Positions 9,688 through 17,178 of a stretch of DNA of 64,000 nt are shown here, one piece after another. The position numbers and the translations under genes are program-made. This stretch comes from a virus, in the IMG/VR virus record IMGVR_UViG_3300047557_002984, positions 10,322 to 74,321 of that record. One strand, given 5' to 3'. Under the pieces are notes generated by a model. It worked only from the letters and a program-made list of their open reading frames with translations. It did not search any database and was not told where the DNA came from. The stretch's first letter is position 1, and each line of letters opens with the position of its first letter.

Positions 9688-9981
9688 TTACAGTTTGCCA
9701 GTAACGATTGCCTTCACATGCTCAGCCGTAACGCCGTCCGCTGGATTGCTTTGCAACGCCACGCTGATCAACTTGTCCTGCAATTGCGCCTGCGCGTGCG
9801 CCTTAATCCAAATCCAGACCAGCGAACCGACAAAGAAAACAGCCGCCGCAGCTTCAGCGACTAGGAAATCGGTCTGATCCTGTGAAACGACACCCTTCTG
9901 CACCAAGTACGCGGTAATGCCACCCAGCAGAAAGCGCGTAACGCTCAGGGCGATGCTCTTGTAAATTTCCGTTTTATCCAT
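9688..9981 (-). CDS. putative holin (two TM helices)
   Basis: SVTRFLLGGITAYLVQKGVVS and AAVFFVGSLVWIWIKA; purine-rich RBS before ATG 9981. Confidence 0.65.
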   Translation of the reverse strand: MDKTEIYKSIALSVTRFLLGGITAYLVQKGVVSQDQTDFLVAEAAAAVFFVGSLVWIWIKAHAQAQLQDKLISVALQSNPADGVTAEHVKAIVTGKL

Positions 9982-10065
9982 CGTTACTTCTCCCCTTTCT
10001 CCCGCTTGCAACGCCCGCCGTCGTGAGCACATCGGGTCAGCGCAAAAGCAGAATCCGTCCATAAA

Positions 10066-10121
10066 CAAAAAGCGCCACCGAGTAACTTCCGGGACGAATC
10101 CGGGAAGCCCTATGGTGGCGC
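10066..10121 (-). terminator. intrinsic terminator/attenuator before membrane genes
   Basis: GCGCCACC...GGTGGCGC stem with inner hairpin, then TTTTTG. Confidence 0.6.
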
Positions 10122-10150
10122 GTCACTGAATTAAATCAGCCGAAACCTAT

Positions 10151-10357
10151 TTAATTGTCTGCTGCGCGTTCGAGCGATTCAAGCCGCGCAGCTTCCTGCA
10201 ATAATTCGGATAATTGCTGCTCTGCTGCCCCAAGCGTGCGGCGGATGGAGTCAATCAGACGGCGCTGCTTGGCTGCTGACGCACGAATAACATCCGGCGT
10301 GATGTCTTGCCGGGAAATCCCTGCCAGCGACTTTACTAGCTTCGCTTGTTGAGCCAT
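10151..10357 (-). CDS. small coiled-coil leader protein
   Basis: Follows TATAAT near 10382-10387 and AGGTG RBS; precedes the terminator. Confidence 0.6.
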   Translation of the reverse strand: MAQQAKLVKSLAGISRQDITPDVIRASAAKQRRLIDSIRRTLGAAEQQLSELLQEAARLESLERAADN

Positions 10358-10481
10358 ACACCTATTCGGGGCACCGTGTACATTATAGCCCAGCCTGTTA
10401 TTTTTTGTGCAAGAAATATTTAGAACAGTGAGTGGACGCTGGAGCAGAGCGAAAACTTTTTTCGTGTTTTAATAATTTTAC

Positions 10482-10512
10482 ACTTGCACTTTTGCAAGTG
10501 TTGCGATACTAT
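10482..10512 (+). promoter_or_regulatory. sigma70-type promoter P1 with palindromic operator
   Basis: TTGCAC-N17-TACTAT; ACTTGCA-CTTT-TGCAAGT inverted repeat over the -35. Confidence 0.8.
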
Positions 10513-10561
10513 CTGCCTGTCGGTTGGCAATCACGCCAACGACGAACCAAGGAGGTTTCTT

Positions 10562-10777
10562 ATGGCAAACACTGCCGCTCATCAAATCGCTGTTTCCCAC
10601 TTTGGCGCAAAGCGCATTAAAGCTTTGGCTGCTCTTGGCATCGTAATCGTCGGCATTCAAGCATTGCCGGATGCTACTGGCTCGTCTCTCAACTCAGAAA
10701 CGGGGTACTGCCTCGACAACAACGGCGAGCATCAAGTTCGCAGCTATTTGGAAGTGATTGCGCTGGTTAATAGCTAA
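10562..10777 (+). CDS. small early protein
   Basis: AAGGAGG RBS, first gene after P1. Confidence 0.75.
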   Translation: MANTAAHQIAVSHFGAKRIKALAALGIVIVGIQALPDATGSSLNSETGYCLDNNGEHQVRSYLEVIALVNS

Positions 10778-10834
10778 CCAGCGCAATCTAACCACCGTCC
10801 GCGAGCCTGCCCCGCTCGCCTTAATGGAGAGATC

Positions 10835-11038
10835 ATGTCAGTGCAAATCATTAAACCTAAGAGCAACACGCCACAGGCGGAGCAGGTGTTAATTGAAAAC
10901 GGTTTTACGGTCTTGTCGCCGTGGGTAGACGACAACCGATTTGAAAAAGACGGGCAAGTTTACAAGCTTTCACATCCTGTTTGGCAGATTGGCCCGTCGG
11001 GAAATTTCGTTGGCGTGCGAATCGAGAAAGAAGATTGA
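10835..11038 (+). CDS. small early protein
   Basis: GGAG RBS; flanked by 12-bp direct repeats CCCGCTCGCCTT. Confidence 0.7.
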   Translation: MSVQIIKPKSNTPQAEQVLIENGFTVLSPWVDDNRFEKDGQVYKLSHPVWQIGPSGNFVGVRIEKED

Positions 11039-11082
11039 GAACCCGCTCGCCTTCTTTTTTTTCTCGTTTTTAATGATTTCCC

Positions 11083-11113
11083 ACTTGCACTTTTACAAGT
11101 AGAGTGGTACTAT
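11083..11113 (+). promoter_or_regulatory. promoter P2 (copy of P1)
   Basis: TTGCAC-N17-TACTAT; ACTTG-N8-CAAGT; followed by CTGCCTGTCGGT as in P1. Confidence 0.8.
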
Positions 11114-11160
11114 CTGCCTGTCGGTGAGGGAAACGACAACTTTTAACAAGGAGCACGACA

Positions 11161-11355
11161 ATGACTTTCAACCAAATCGCCACGATGAACGAAATCCAAA
11201 TCAGCACCGCGCTGCGCCAAATGACCAGAACTGAACTCATCGCCTTCTGCAAGGCGAACAAAATCGGCGACATCAAAAGACTGGGCGGGCACCTGAACGC
11301 CGCCTTCCTGTGGTGCAAAGAAGTGGCAGCCTACGCCAGCATCACGCTGCGGTAA
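11161..11355 (+). CDS. small early protein
   Basis: AAGGAG RBS after P2. Confidence 0.7.
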   Translation: MTFNQIATMNEIQISTALRQMTRTELIAFCKANKIGDIKRLGGHLNAAFLWCKEVAAYASITLR

Positions 11356-11408
11356 GGCTGAGGCAGTGCCCCGCTAACGACAAGGAACAGACAACGAGGA
11401 GTAAAACG

Positions 11409-11594
11409 ATGCGTTACGACTTCATTCTTACGCGCGACAACACAAAAGACGGTGATCAATGGTTTGGCGAGGTCTACGCCCAACCACAGCAAGATGATGA
11501 TGACGCTGTTCACACTACCGGATTTTGCGCCACATGGATGGACGCGCAAGCTGACTGCAACCAGTGGATTAAAAATCAAGAGGCAACGCAATGA
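11409..11594 (+). CDS. small acidic early protein
   Basis: GAGGAG RBS; MRYDFIL...QQDDDDAV. Confidence 0.7.
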   Translation: MRYDFILTRDNTKDGDQWFGEVYAQPQQDDDDAVHTTGFCATWMDAQADCNQWIKNQEATQ

Positions 11595-11851
11595 ACATCA
11601 GCGCAGCACTAGAACGCCTGCAAGCGCAAGGCGTCGAACTCACGCACCAAGGCTTACGCTACCGCATCATTCTGCTGATTGAAGCTGGCAAGTTAAAAGA
11701 AGAAGAGGTCAAGCTTGGGATGACGCGCAAGGGCCAAGTCCGCTGGGATTTGAGCGAGAAGCACCTTGAAGTGATCGCCGCTTATGAAGCGCCGCCTGCC
11801 GGGCGCGGTGGCGGGCAATCGAAAGCAAAGCGCAAGGCGCGCAAGGAGTAG
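11591..11851 (+). CDS. MerR/excisionase-like HTH protein with basic tail (Aca-like regulator?)
   Basis: MNISAALERL..LTHQGLRYRI..AGKL..RWDLSE; PAGRGG plus Lys/Arg tail. Confidence 0.6.
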   Translation: MNISAALERLQAQGVELTHQGLRYRIILLIEAGKLKEEEVKLGMTRKGQVRWDLSEKHLEVIAAYEAPPAGRGGGQSKAKRKARKE

Positions 11852-11853
11852 CG

Positions 11854-12066
11854 ATGGCCTTCAAAGCGCCACCAATGCCCGCCGCAATCTATCGTCCGGC
11901 ACCCACCACGCCGGATGAGCAATTCCACGCTTACCGCACAGCACTGGCAATGCTCTGGGCGCACGCCGCAACCGCGACCGGCAGCACGCGCGATGAACTG
12001 GAAGATGCCGCCATCATTGCCCAGCGGGCGCTGGATGCGCTGGCGGATGAGCTACTGGCGCGCTAG
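11854..12066 (+). CDS. hypothetical protein
   Basis: AAGGAG RBS; last gene before convergence point. Confidence 0.6.
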   Translation: MAFKAPPMPAAIYRPAPTTPDEQFHAYRTALAMLWAHAATATGSTRDELEDAAIIAQRALDALADELLAR

Positions 12067-12371
12067 GCTGCCTTCCTTACCGGCCCCCGGCTTTTGCGCC
12101 CGTTCCGTTGCGACGCCCGCACCTTTCGCCGCGTCTTCGCCTGCCCGCCTGCCTTCCCCGCCGCCGCCAACCGCGCGCGGTGCTCAACGTAAAATGCACC
12201 CACATCGGCCAACGCCAGCAGGTAGCGCCGCTGCGTCGCGCTCAACGCAAGATCGTCAAACATTAACGGCGCGCCCGGTTCCGCTAAGTAGTTGTGCAAA
12301 TTCCAGGCCGCGAGGGCGGCATCTGCAAGCTGCTCCGGTGTAGGGCGATTACTCCCAGGATTTTGAATATT
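12063..12371 (-). CDS. small basic protein with AGKAGG...NGRK tail (putative DNA binding)
   Basis: AAAGKAGGQAKTRRKVRASQRNGRKSRGP tail; last gene of its operon. Confidence 0.55.
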   Translation of the reverse strand, partial: NIQNPGSNRPTPEQLADAALAAWNLHNYLAEPGAPLMFDDLALSATQRRYLLALADVGAFYVEHRARLAAAGKAGGQAKTRRKVRASQRNGRKSRGPVRKAA

Positions 12372-12567
12372 CATGGTCTTTGTAAATCGTCGGCAATCCG
12401 AACACCACAACGCGCGAAACCTTGTGCGCGCGCAGCTTGGCTAACTCGATGGCGACCCTGGTCTTGCCCGTCCCCATCTCCATGAGCAAACCACCAATGC
12501 GCGACGGCAGCACTTTGGCAACCGCTGCGCGTTGGTGGCTCATCAGGTCTGTGCGGGTGGTGAACAT
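12349..12567 (-). pseudogene. truncated SNF2-family helicase
   Basis: LMSHQRAAV...GLLMEMGTGKT (Q motif plus Walker A), then stops at 72 aa. Confidence 0.75.
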
Positions 12568-12570
12568 TAG

Positions 12571-12969
12571 CTATTGCGCGACATTAACAACAATCGGAGT
12601 TTGCGCGTTGAGTTGCGCGATCTCTGAATCGGAAATTGGTCGGCAATCCGTACGAGACCATGTAGCCATGACGTGGCCCAACAGAATGGAACCAGGGTAT
12701 TCAAGCGTGTGCCATTTGGTGGGGTGCATGATGTCGCCCCGGTTCGGGACGGACTTGAAAATCGGAGAGTATGCGTGCTGCCCTTCCGCGTCTGCTTCGT
12801 TATACGAGCGATCAATGATCACCCCGCATAAAGAATCTGTGAGCTTTGCGTTGAGAACACCCGAAGGCGCATCTGCGAGCGAACAGAGAGAAGCGTATGC
12901 ACTTTGAGGATTGCTGTTGAATCGGGAGGTTCTGACGAACCCCACGAGTTGAAGTTGGATCGTAGACAT
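12571..12969 (-). CDS. hypothetical protein
   Basis: AAGGAG RBS, 132 aa. Confidence 0.7.
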   Translation of the reverse strand: MSTIQLQLVGFVRTSRFNSNPQSAYASLCSLADAPSGVLNAKLTDSLCGVIIDRSYNEADAEGQHAYSPIFKSVPNRGDIMHPTKWHTLEYPGSILLGHVMATWSRTDCRPISDSEIAQLNAQTPIVVNVAQ

Positions 12970-12971
12970 TG

Positions 12972-13493
12972 TTAAAAGTCTCCTTTCGTGTAAGGCGTAC
13001 CATCATGGTCTGCTGGGCTGAACGATTCGCCTGCCACGCCAATCCCGCCCGCCGCGATGCGGAGCAACTTGGCGCAAGTCGCGCACAGCGGATCGTATAC
13101 CGTAACACCCGCAACTTTCCCTTTGCGGAAGGTCGGTTGGCCTTCGATCCGATCACCGCACCGCTCGCAATGGAAAATCTCAGCAGGAGGGGCGGGAATT
13201 TCACCCGACGCTTGCCACGCGGAAACCGCCGATTCAATGGCGGCAACCGCCGCCATACGGATCAGGATGCCGTCGCAGATGGCGTACTCCGCTGGGTTTG
13301 CATTCAGCTTCTTCAACTGCGCAACCATTCCCGACGGAAGATTGCGCGAAATCTCAGTCTTGCCCGCCGCATCCAGCGGGAAGAAGTTGATTCCCTGGCT
13401 TTTCGTGCCATTGCTAATGGTCACGCGATACGTGCGCCCGTCTGCGCTGCCCGTGACCGTGTAGTTGCCGTCTTGGTAGATTGTCGTTTCCAT
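12972..13493 (-). CDS. hypothetical protein with C-terminal zinc finger
   Basis: AAGGAG RBS; CERCG...CATC. Confidence 0.75.
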   Translation of the reverse strand: METTIYQDGNYTVTGSADGRTYRVTISNGTKSQGINFFPLDAAGKTEISRNLPSGMVAQLKKLNANPAEYAICDGILIRMAAVAAIESAVSAWQASGEIPAPPAEIFHCERCGDRIEGQPTFRKGKVAGVTVYDPLCATCAKLLRIAAGGIGVAGESFSPADHDGTPYTKGDF

Positions 13494-13525
13494 TGCGTTT
13501 CTCCTTGATTTCTTAGGGCAAGGGA

Positions 13526-13554
13526 ATACTACCCCAAGCTAGCTTAGGATGCAA
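13526..13554 (-). promoter_or_regulatory. promoter with palindromic operator
   Basis: TTGCAT-N17-TAGTAT; spacer CCTAAGCTAGCTTGGG, with a 14/16 copy at 14222-14237. Confidence 0.7.
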
Positions 13555-13563
13555 GCAAGAAAA

Positions 13564-14208
13564 TCAATCTTCGTCTAAAAATTCCGGCGCGATTCCCTCC
13601 GACACAGCTTCCACCTCCGGCGCAGCCTTCACGCGCGGGCGCAACTCCACGCGCACCGCTTGCAAGCGCCGCTGGCGCGCATCTTCCGCAACCTGCTGGG
13701 CGGCATCAGACACCCGAAATCCGTACTGTTGCGCGAAATCTAGCACCGCCTCATAGCTCTCTGGCGGCACGGCCACGCACGGCTTGTCATATCTCGCGCC
13801 GGGCAGCTTGATCGCGTGCCGGTACATGTCATCGCCGCGCCGATACTCAATGTAAAACCAGCCCGCCCGCGCTCCCTTGATCAGCTTCGTCACCCAGCGC
13901 GTTTGTTCATCCTGGTACTGCCCCGCCGCGATGCGCTCCACATCGTAATCATCCGGCACGGCCACCACGAACCCCTTGCTCAGCAGCTTGTATGCCGCCT
14001 CTATCAACCGATCCGGGAGCGGCCCGTTGCGCAAGGTGATCTGGCGCTCGCGTCGCATTTCCTGCTCGTTCCAGCGCAGGTTTAAGTTGTAGGCAATGTC
14101 GCGCAACACATCGTCGCGTTGCGCGAATTTCAGGCACAGCAAGTCGCCGACCGCGTAAAGCTCGGCAATCGTCTCCGTGCGCGGATTGTCTGGCCGCAAG
14201 GTAATCAT
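13564..14208 (-). CDS. conserved phage hypothetical protein
   Basis: LPGARYDKPCVAVPPESYEAVLDFAQQYGF; apparently leaderless (TAAAAT 6 nt before ATG). Confidence 0.7.
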   Translation of the reverse strand: MITLRPDNPRTETIAELYAVGDLLCLKFAQRDDVLRDIAYNLNLRWNEQEMRRERQITLRNGPLPDRLIEAAYKLLSKGFVVAVPDDYDVERIAAGQYQDEQTRWVTKLIKGARAGWFYIEYRRGDDMYRHAIKLPGARYDKPCVAVPPESYEAVLDFAQQYGFRVSDAAQQVAEDARQRRLQAVRVELRPRVKAAPEVEAVSEGIAPEFLDED

Positions 14209-14422
14209 GGGGCGATTTTACCCTAACCTGGCTTGGGCTGGTAGCAAAAAAAATAATCCCGCGCACTTTTTCTCGCACGCGGGATTGCGCATTTCGTGAG
14301 CCAGCCTTTCGGCACCCACCGCCAGCGCAGGCGAACGCGGCTATGATAGCAGATCGCGCCGCGCGGGCAACTCAGTAAAGCGAACTATCCGCGATGCCAA
14401 ATTCCCGGCGAATATCCGCCAA

Positions 14423-15166
14423 CTAGGCCATCTCTGATCGAAGCCTATTAAGCACGGCTGACACATCGGCTAAAACTTCCTCGTTCGTGAACCGAATAAC
14501 CCGATAACCAACACGCCTTAAATGCTCATCACGCTGGTTGTCGTAACCTTCTCTGCCATTATGAAAAGACCCGTCTATTTCCACGATGATTTTATGATCA
14601 GCGATTAAAAAATCGGCAATGTATCCATATACGGGAATCTGGGGAGCAATCCCTTGTAGCTTTTGCGATTTACAGGCTAACCAAAAACATTCCTCGGCTG
14701 GGGTTAAATTCCGACGCATTCGATTAGCAAACTTCGCCTTTTCAGGCTTGCATTTGCTTTGCATGTCCCGCAATTCCGCAACCTGATCCCTTGATAGCTT
14801 AGCTTGACCATATCCAATTTGAGGAACAGCATCGCCCCTGGTCGTGTAACCGCCCTTATTATTTTCAGTTTCCAAGATGAATGTATATTCCCAGCTAATC
14901 CGATCTCTTTCATTGTCGGCTGATGGCATAAACCGCACTCGCTTTAAATGCTGCTTGCCTTCCAGTTCTTTTAAGACTTTTTGCAGCTTTTCTTTTCCCC
15001 AGCCAGTCTTAACCCTGAGCCAGCTCATGTAAAACTGCCAGTTCTTTGGCAAGACAGACACCATCGCCAAAAGAAAGCGAGCATCTGATGATAGACAGGT
15101 ATCTAGCATCACATCAGACGATACGATGCCAAAACCGTTAGATTTTCTCTCAACCTTACAAATCAT
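14423..15166 (-). CDS. wHTH domain fused to DUF559 (Vsr-like) endonuclease
   Basis: MRRNLTPAE..W, YIADF..IIVEIDGSFH..D..RD..L...GYRVIRFTN; N-terminal LS..AR.LL..LPKNW wHTH; visibly AT-rich. Confidence 0.8.
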   Translation of the reverse strand: MICKVERKSNGFGIVSSDVMLDTCLSSDARFLLAMVSVLPKNWQFYMSWLRVKTGWGKEKLQKVLKELEGKQHLKRVRFMPSADNERDRISWEYTFILETENNKGGYTTRGDAVPQIGYGQAKLSRDQVAELRDMQSKCKPEKAKFANRMRRNLTPAEECFWLACKSQKLQGIAPQIPVYGYIADFLIADHKIIVEIDGSFHNGREGYDNQRDEHLRRVGYRVIRFTNEEVLADVSAVLNRLRSEMA

Positions 15167-15263
15167 TTGTCCTTCTCCTGCGTAAAACATTGAAGAAGGC
15201 TAAAGAGGCAAGAATGGCAGTGGATTTTTGACAAAGCGAGAAAAGGCCGTGTTAGTATCCATC

Positions 15264-15340
15264 CGCTAACAATCTCTCTTTAACCGTGAATTGTTAGCAA
15301 CGGCCCTTGAAGGTAGCAGTTCAAGGGCCATCGCTTTTCC
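15264..15340 (+). ncRNA. putative cis-antisense (C4-like) RNA
   Basis: Two hairpins (9-bp stem; 10-bp stem with GGTAGCAG loop) between face-to-face promoters. Confidence 0.4.
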
Positions 15341-15458
15341 CGCACATTATACCAAAAACTACCGAAAATAGAGCAAGAAAAAGGCCACCCGTAACGAGCG
15401 CACCACTCCCGCTCCAACGATTCACCGCTCTTTTTTTTTTCGTGTTTAATAATTTTCC

Positions 15459-15489
15459 ACTTGCATTTTTACAAGTAAAAGGCTATTAT
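15459..15489 (+). promoter_or_regulatory. promoter P3 (copy of P1/P2)
   Basis: TTGCAT-N17-TATTAT; ACTTG-N8-CAAGT; CTGCCTGTCGGTGAGG. Confidence 0.8.
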
Positions 15490-15541
15490 CTGCCTGTCGG
15501 TGAGGACAACGAAACAACAACCGCTAACAAGGAGCACGACA

Positions 15542-15766
15542 ATGACAGACCTGATGACACGCAAAGCAAACCTCGAAAATCAACTTTCCCAGATCGCAGG
15601 CGTTTCCGTCGAAGTGACCGTGCGCGGGCTGCGCGCCTTCACCTTCAGCTTTGAAACCGTGAACGCGGAAGCGGTCGCCGCTATTGAAAAGTACTTCGGC
15701 GACCTCGCCAAGCTGGAAGTCGAAGTGGACGAAGAATGCGGCACATTCATTTACGCCACGGTCTAA
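15542..15766 (+). CDS. small acidic protein in single-gene moron
   Basis: AAGGAG RBS; own promoter and terminator; opposite strand to neighbours. Confidence 0.75.
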   Translation: MTDLMTRKANLENQLSQIAGVSVEVTVRGLRAFTFSFETVNAEAVAAIEKYFGDLAKLEVEVDEECGTFIYATV

Positions 15767-15785
15767 AACGCCGGGCGTGCAAAAG

Positions 15786-15813
15786 AAAAGGCCACCCGCG
15801 AAGGTGGCCTTTT
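15786..15813. terminator. bidirectional terminator
   Basis: AAAAGGCCACC-cgcgaa-GGTGGCCTTTT between convergent genes. Confidence 0.8.
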
Positions 15814-15816
15814 CTG

Positions 15817-16068
15817 TTAAGCGGCGTCTGAATGAGTGCTCAGCAGTTCCGGCTGACTGAGCAATTTATTGATCGCTCTTGAACACTCCCGGTCAGCATC
15901 CGTAACTAATCCCTGGCCAGTCTTCAAGAATCCCACCAGCCAAGCCTGACGCTGCTCAATTTCACCGGGCCGGGGTTTATATTCTCCGTTTGCAGCTTGT
16001 GCGATCATGCTCAAATGAGCCAGCGCAATCGGCAGATAGTCAGCCTGCGTAAGATTTGCGGTTTCCAA
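15817..16068 (-). CDS. hypothetical protein
   Basis: AAGGAG RBS before TTG. Confidence 0.6.
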   Translation of the reverse strand: METANLTQADYLPIALAHLSMIAQAANGEYKPRPGEIEQRQAWLVGFLKTGQGLVTDADRECSRAINKLLSQPELLSTHSDAA

Positions 16069-16463
16069 TTTGTTTCTCCTTGGCTAGCAAGCCGGATTGC
16101 TCCAAACTTTTCCAATTAAAATATCCCGCCAACGGAAAAGCTGAGTTATCCGCAGACGTGCGATCTGGCTTTCGACTGAGTACCCACAAATACGAAATCC
16201 CATACTCAGTTTCGGCGATGTTATACCCCGGATAGCGGCGAATGAGCCACCCCTTTCTAACACGACTACGCTTCCACTTTGACCGATTGAACGGCTCGAC
16301 AGTCAGTTTTTCCTTATATCGTGTTAAATCAGTCACTTGCGCGACAGGCTGAGCACTCAGTTTGGGCCAAGCTGAGCACTCAGTTTGGGCTACATCAGCC
16401 GCCGCTTGTTGTAGGTCAGCGGCGTCTGAATGAGTGCTCAGCGATTCCGGCTGACTGACCACT
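16040..16463 (-). CDS. hypothetical protein (frame is open up to 17074)
   Basis: C-terminal part is protein-like; upstream part looks like the shadow of small membrane ORFs. Confidence 0.5.
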
Positions 16464-16473
16464 TGCCCCCCAC

Positions 16474-16731
16474 CTAAACCCGCCGCGCCAGCCACGCCCG
16501 CACGGTCAGCTTGGGGCAACTGTCCGGCATCGTCACCCAGCCGCTCAGCACCCAAAGTTCCACCAGAACCACCGCCAGCAGGAAGGCCCGGCACGCCCAC
16601 ACCGTCAAACGATGCCCCCAAAACCTTGTGGAAATTTTCGCCCATCGCTGACGCAGGGGAAGTGTCGCCCGGTGCGGTTTGCGGCGAACCTGGGGCGATT
16701 TCCGCCGCAGCGTTGGCGCTCCCTTCCCCAC
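16474..16731 (-). CDS. small membrane protein
   Basis: Basic N-terminus plus AFLLAVVLVELWVL TM helix. Confidence 0.4.
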   Translation of the reverse strand: MGKGAPTLRRKSPQVRRKPHRATLPLRQRWAKISTRFWGHRLTVWACRAFLLAVVLVELWVLSGWVTMPDSCPKLTVRAWLARRV

Positions 16732-16860
16732 CTAGTAGCCCCCCATTTTTAGCAAGCTGTGGGCGATTTCCCACAGCCGCCAGAGAATCGTCACCATTCG
16801 CATTGCTTTCTTCCTGGGGCACAGGTTGAAAATGATTTTCAAAATTAGCGCGGCCCTGCC

Positions 16861-16965
16861 CTATCGCCCCCACAACGCCAGCGCCAGAAGGCAGAGCAGC
16901 AGGATCGCCACAAAGGCCGTCTGAATCCGCCGCGCTGGTTTCGATGGCGGGAAGTCGGGAAGCAT
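16861..16965 (-). CDS. 34-aa membrane peptide
   Basis: MLPDFPPSKPARRIQTAFVAILLLCLLALALWGR; TAA-ATG coupled; below ORF-track cutoff. Confidence 0.45.
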   Translation of the reverse strand: MLPDFPPSKPARRIQTAFVAILLLCLLALALWGR

Positions 16966-17115
16966 TTAGAGCCTCGCCAGCATCGCCACGATGGCGGCTG
17001 CTACCATTCCCCAGCCCATCAGCCACACCGCCAGCAGGATCAACGCCAGCGGGCGCTTCTTCAGCCGTTGCCACGACGCCCGCACTTCTGCCCGGTTCTG
17101 TTCTCGTCTCGTCAT
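16966..17115 (-). CDS. 49-aa membrane peptide
   Basis: AAGGAG RBS; MTRREQ...PLALILLAVWLMGWGMVAAAIVAMLARL. Confidence 0.55.
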   Translation of the reverse strand: MTRREQNRAEVRASWQRLKKRPLALILLAVWLMGWGMVAAAIVAMLARL

Positions 17116-17178
17116 TCGCTTTCTCCTTGTTTCGCGCCGCCAGCGGGGCGGGGTGAACGCCCGCTGTGACTGACGGCG

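Noticed and set aside
16474-16965. TAG stop-codon reassignment suggested by in-frame TAGs
   Set aside because: Well-defined genes (scaffold, terL, C5 MTase) end at TAG and are not fragmented under the standard code.
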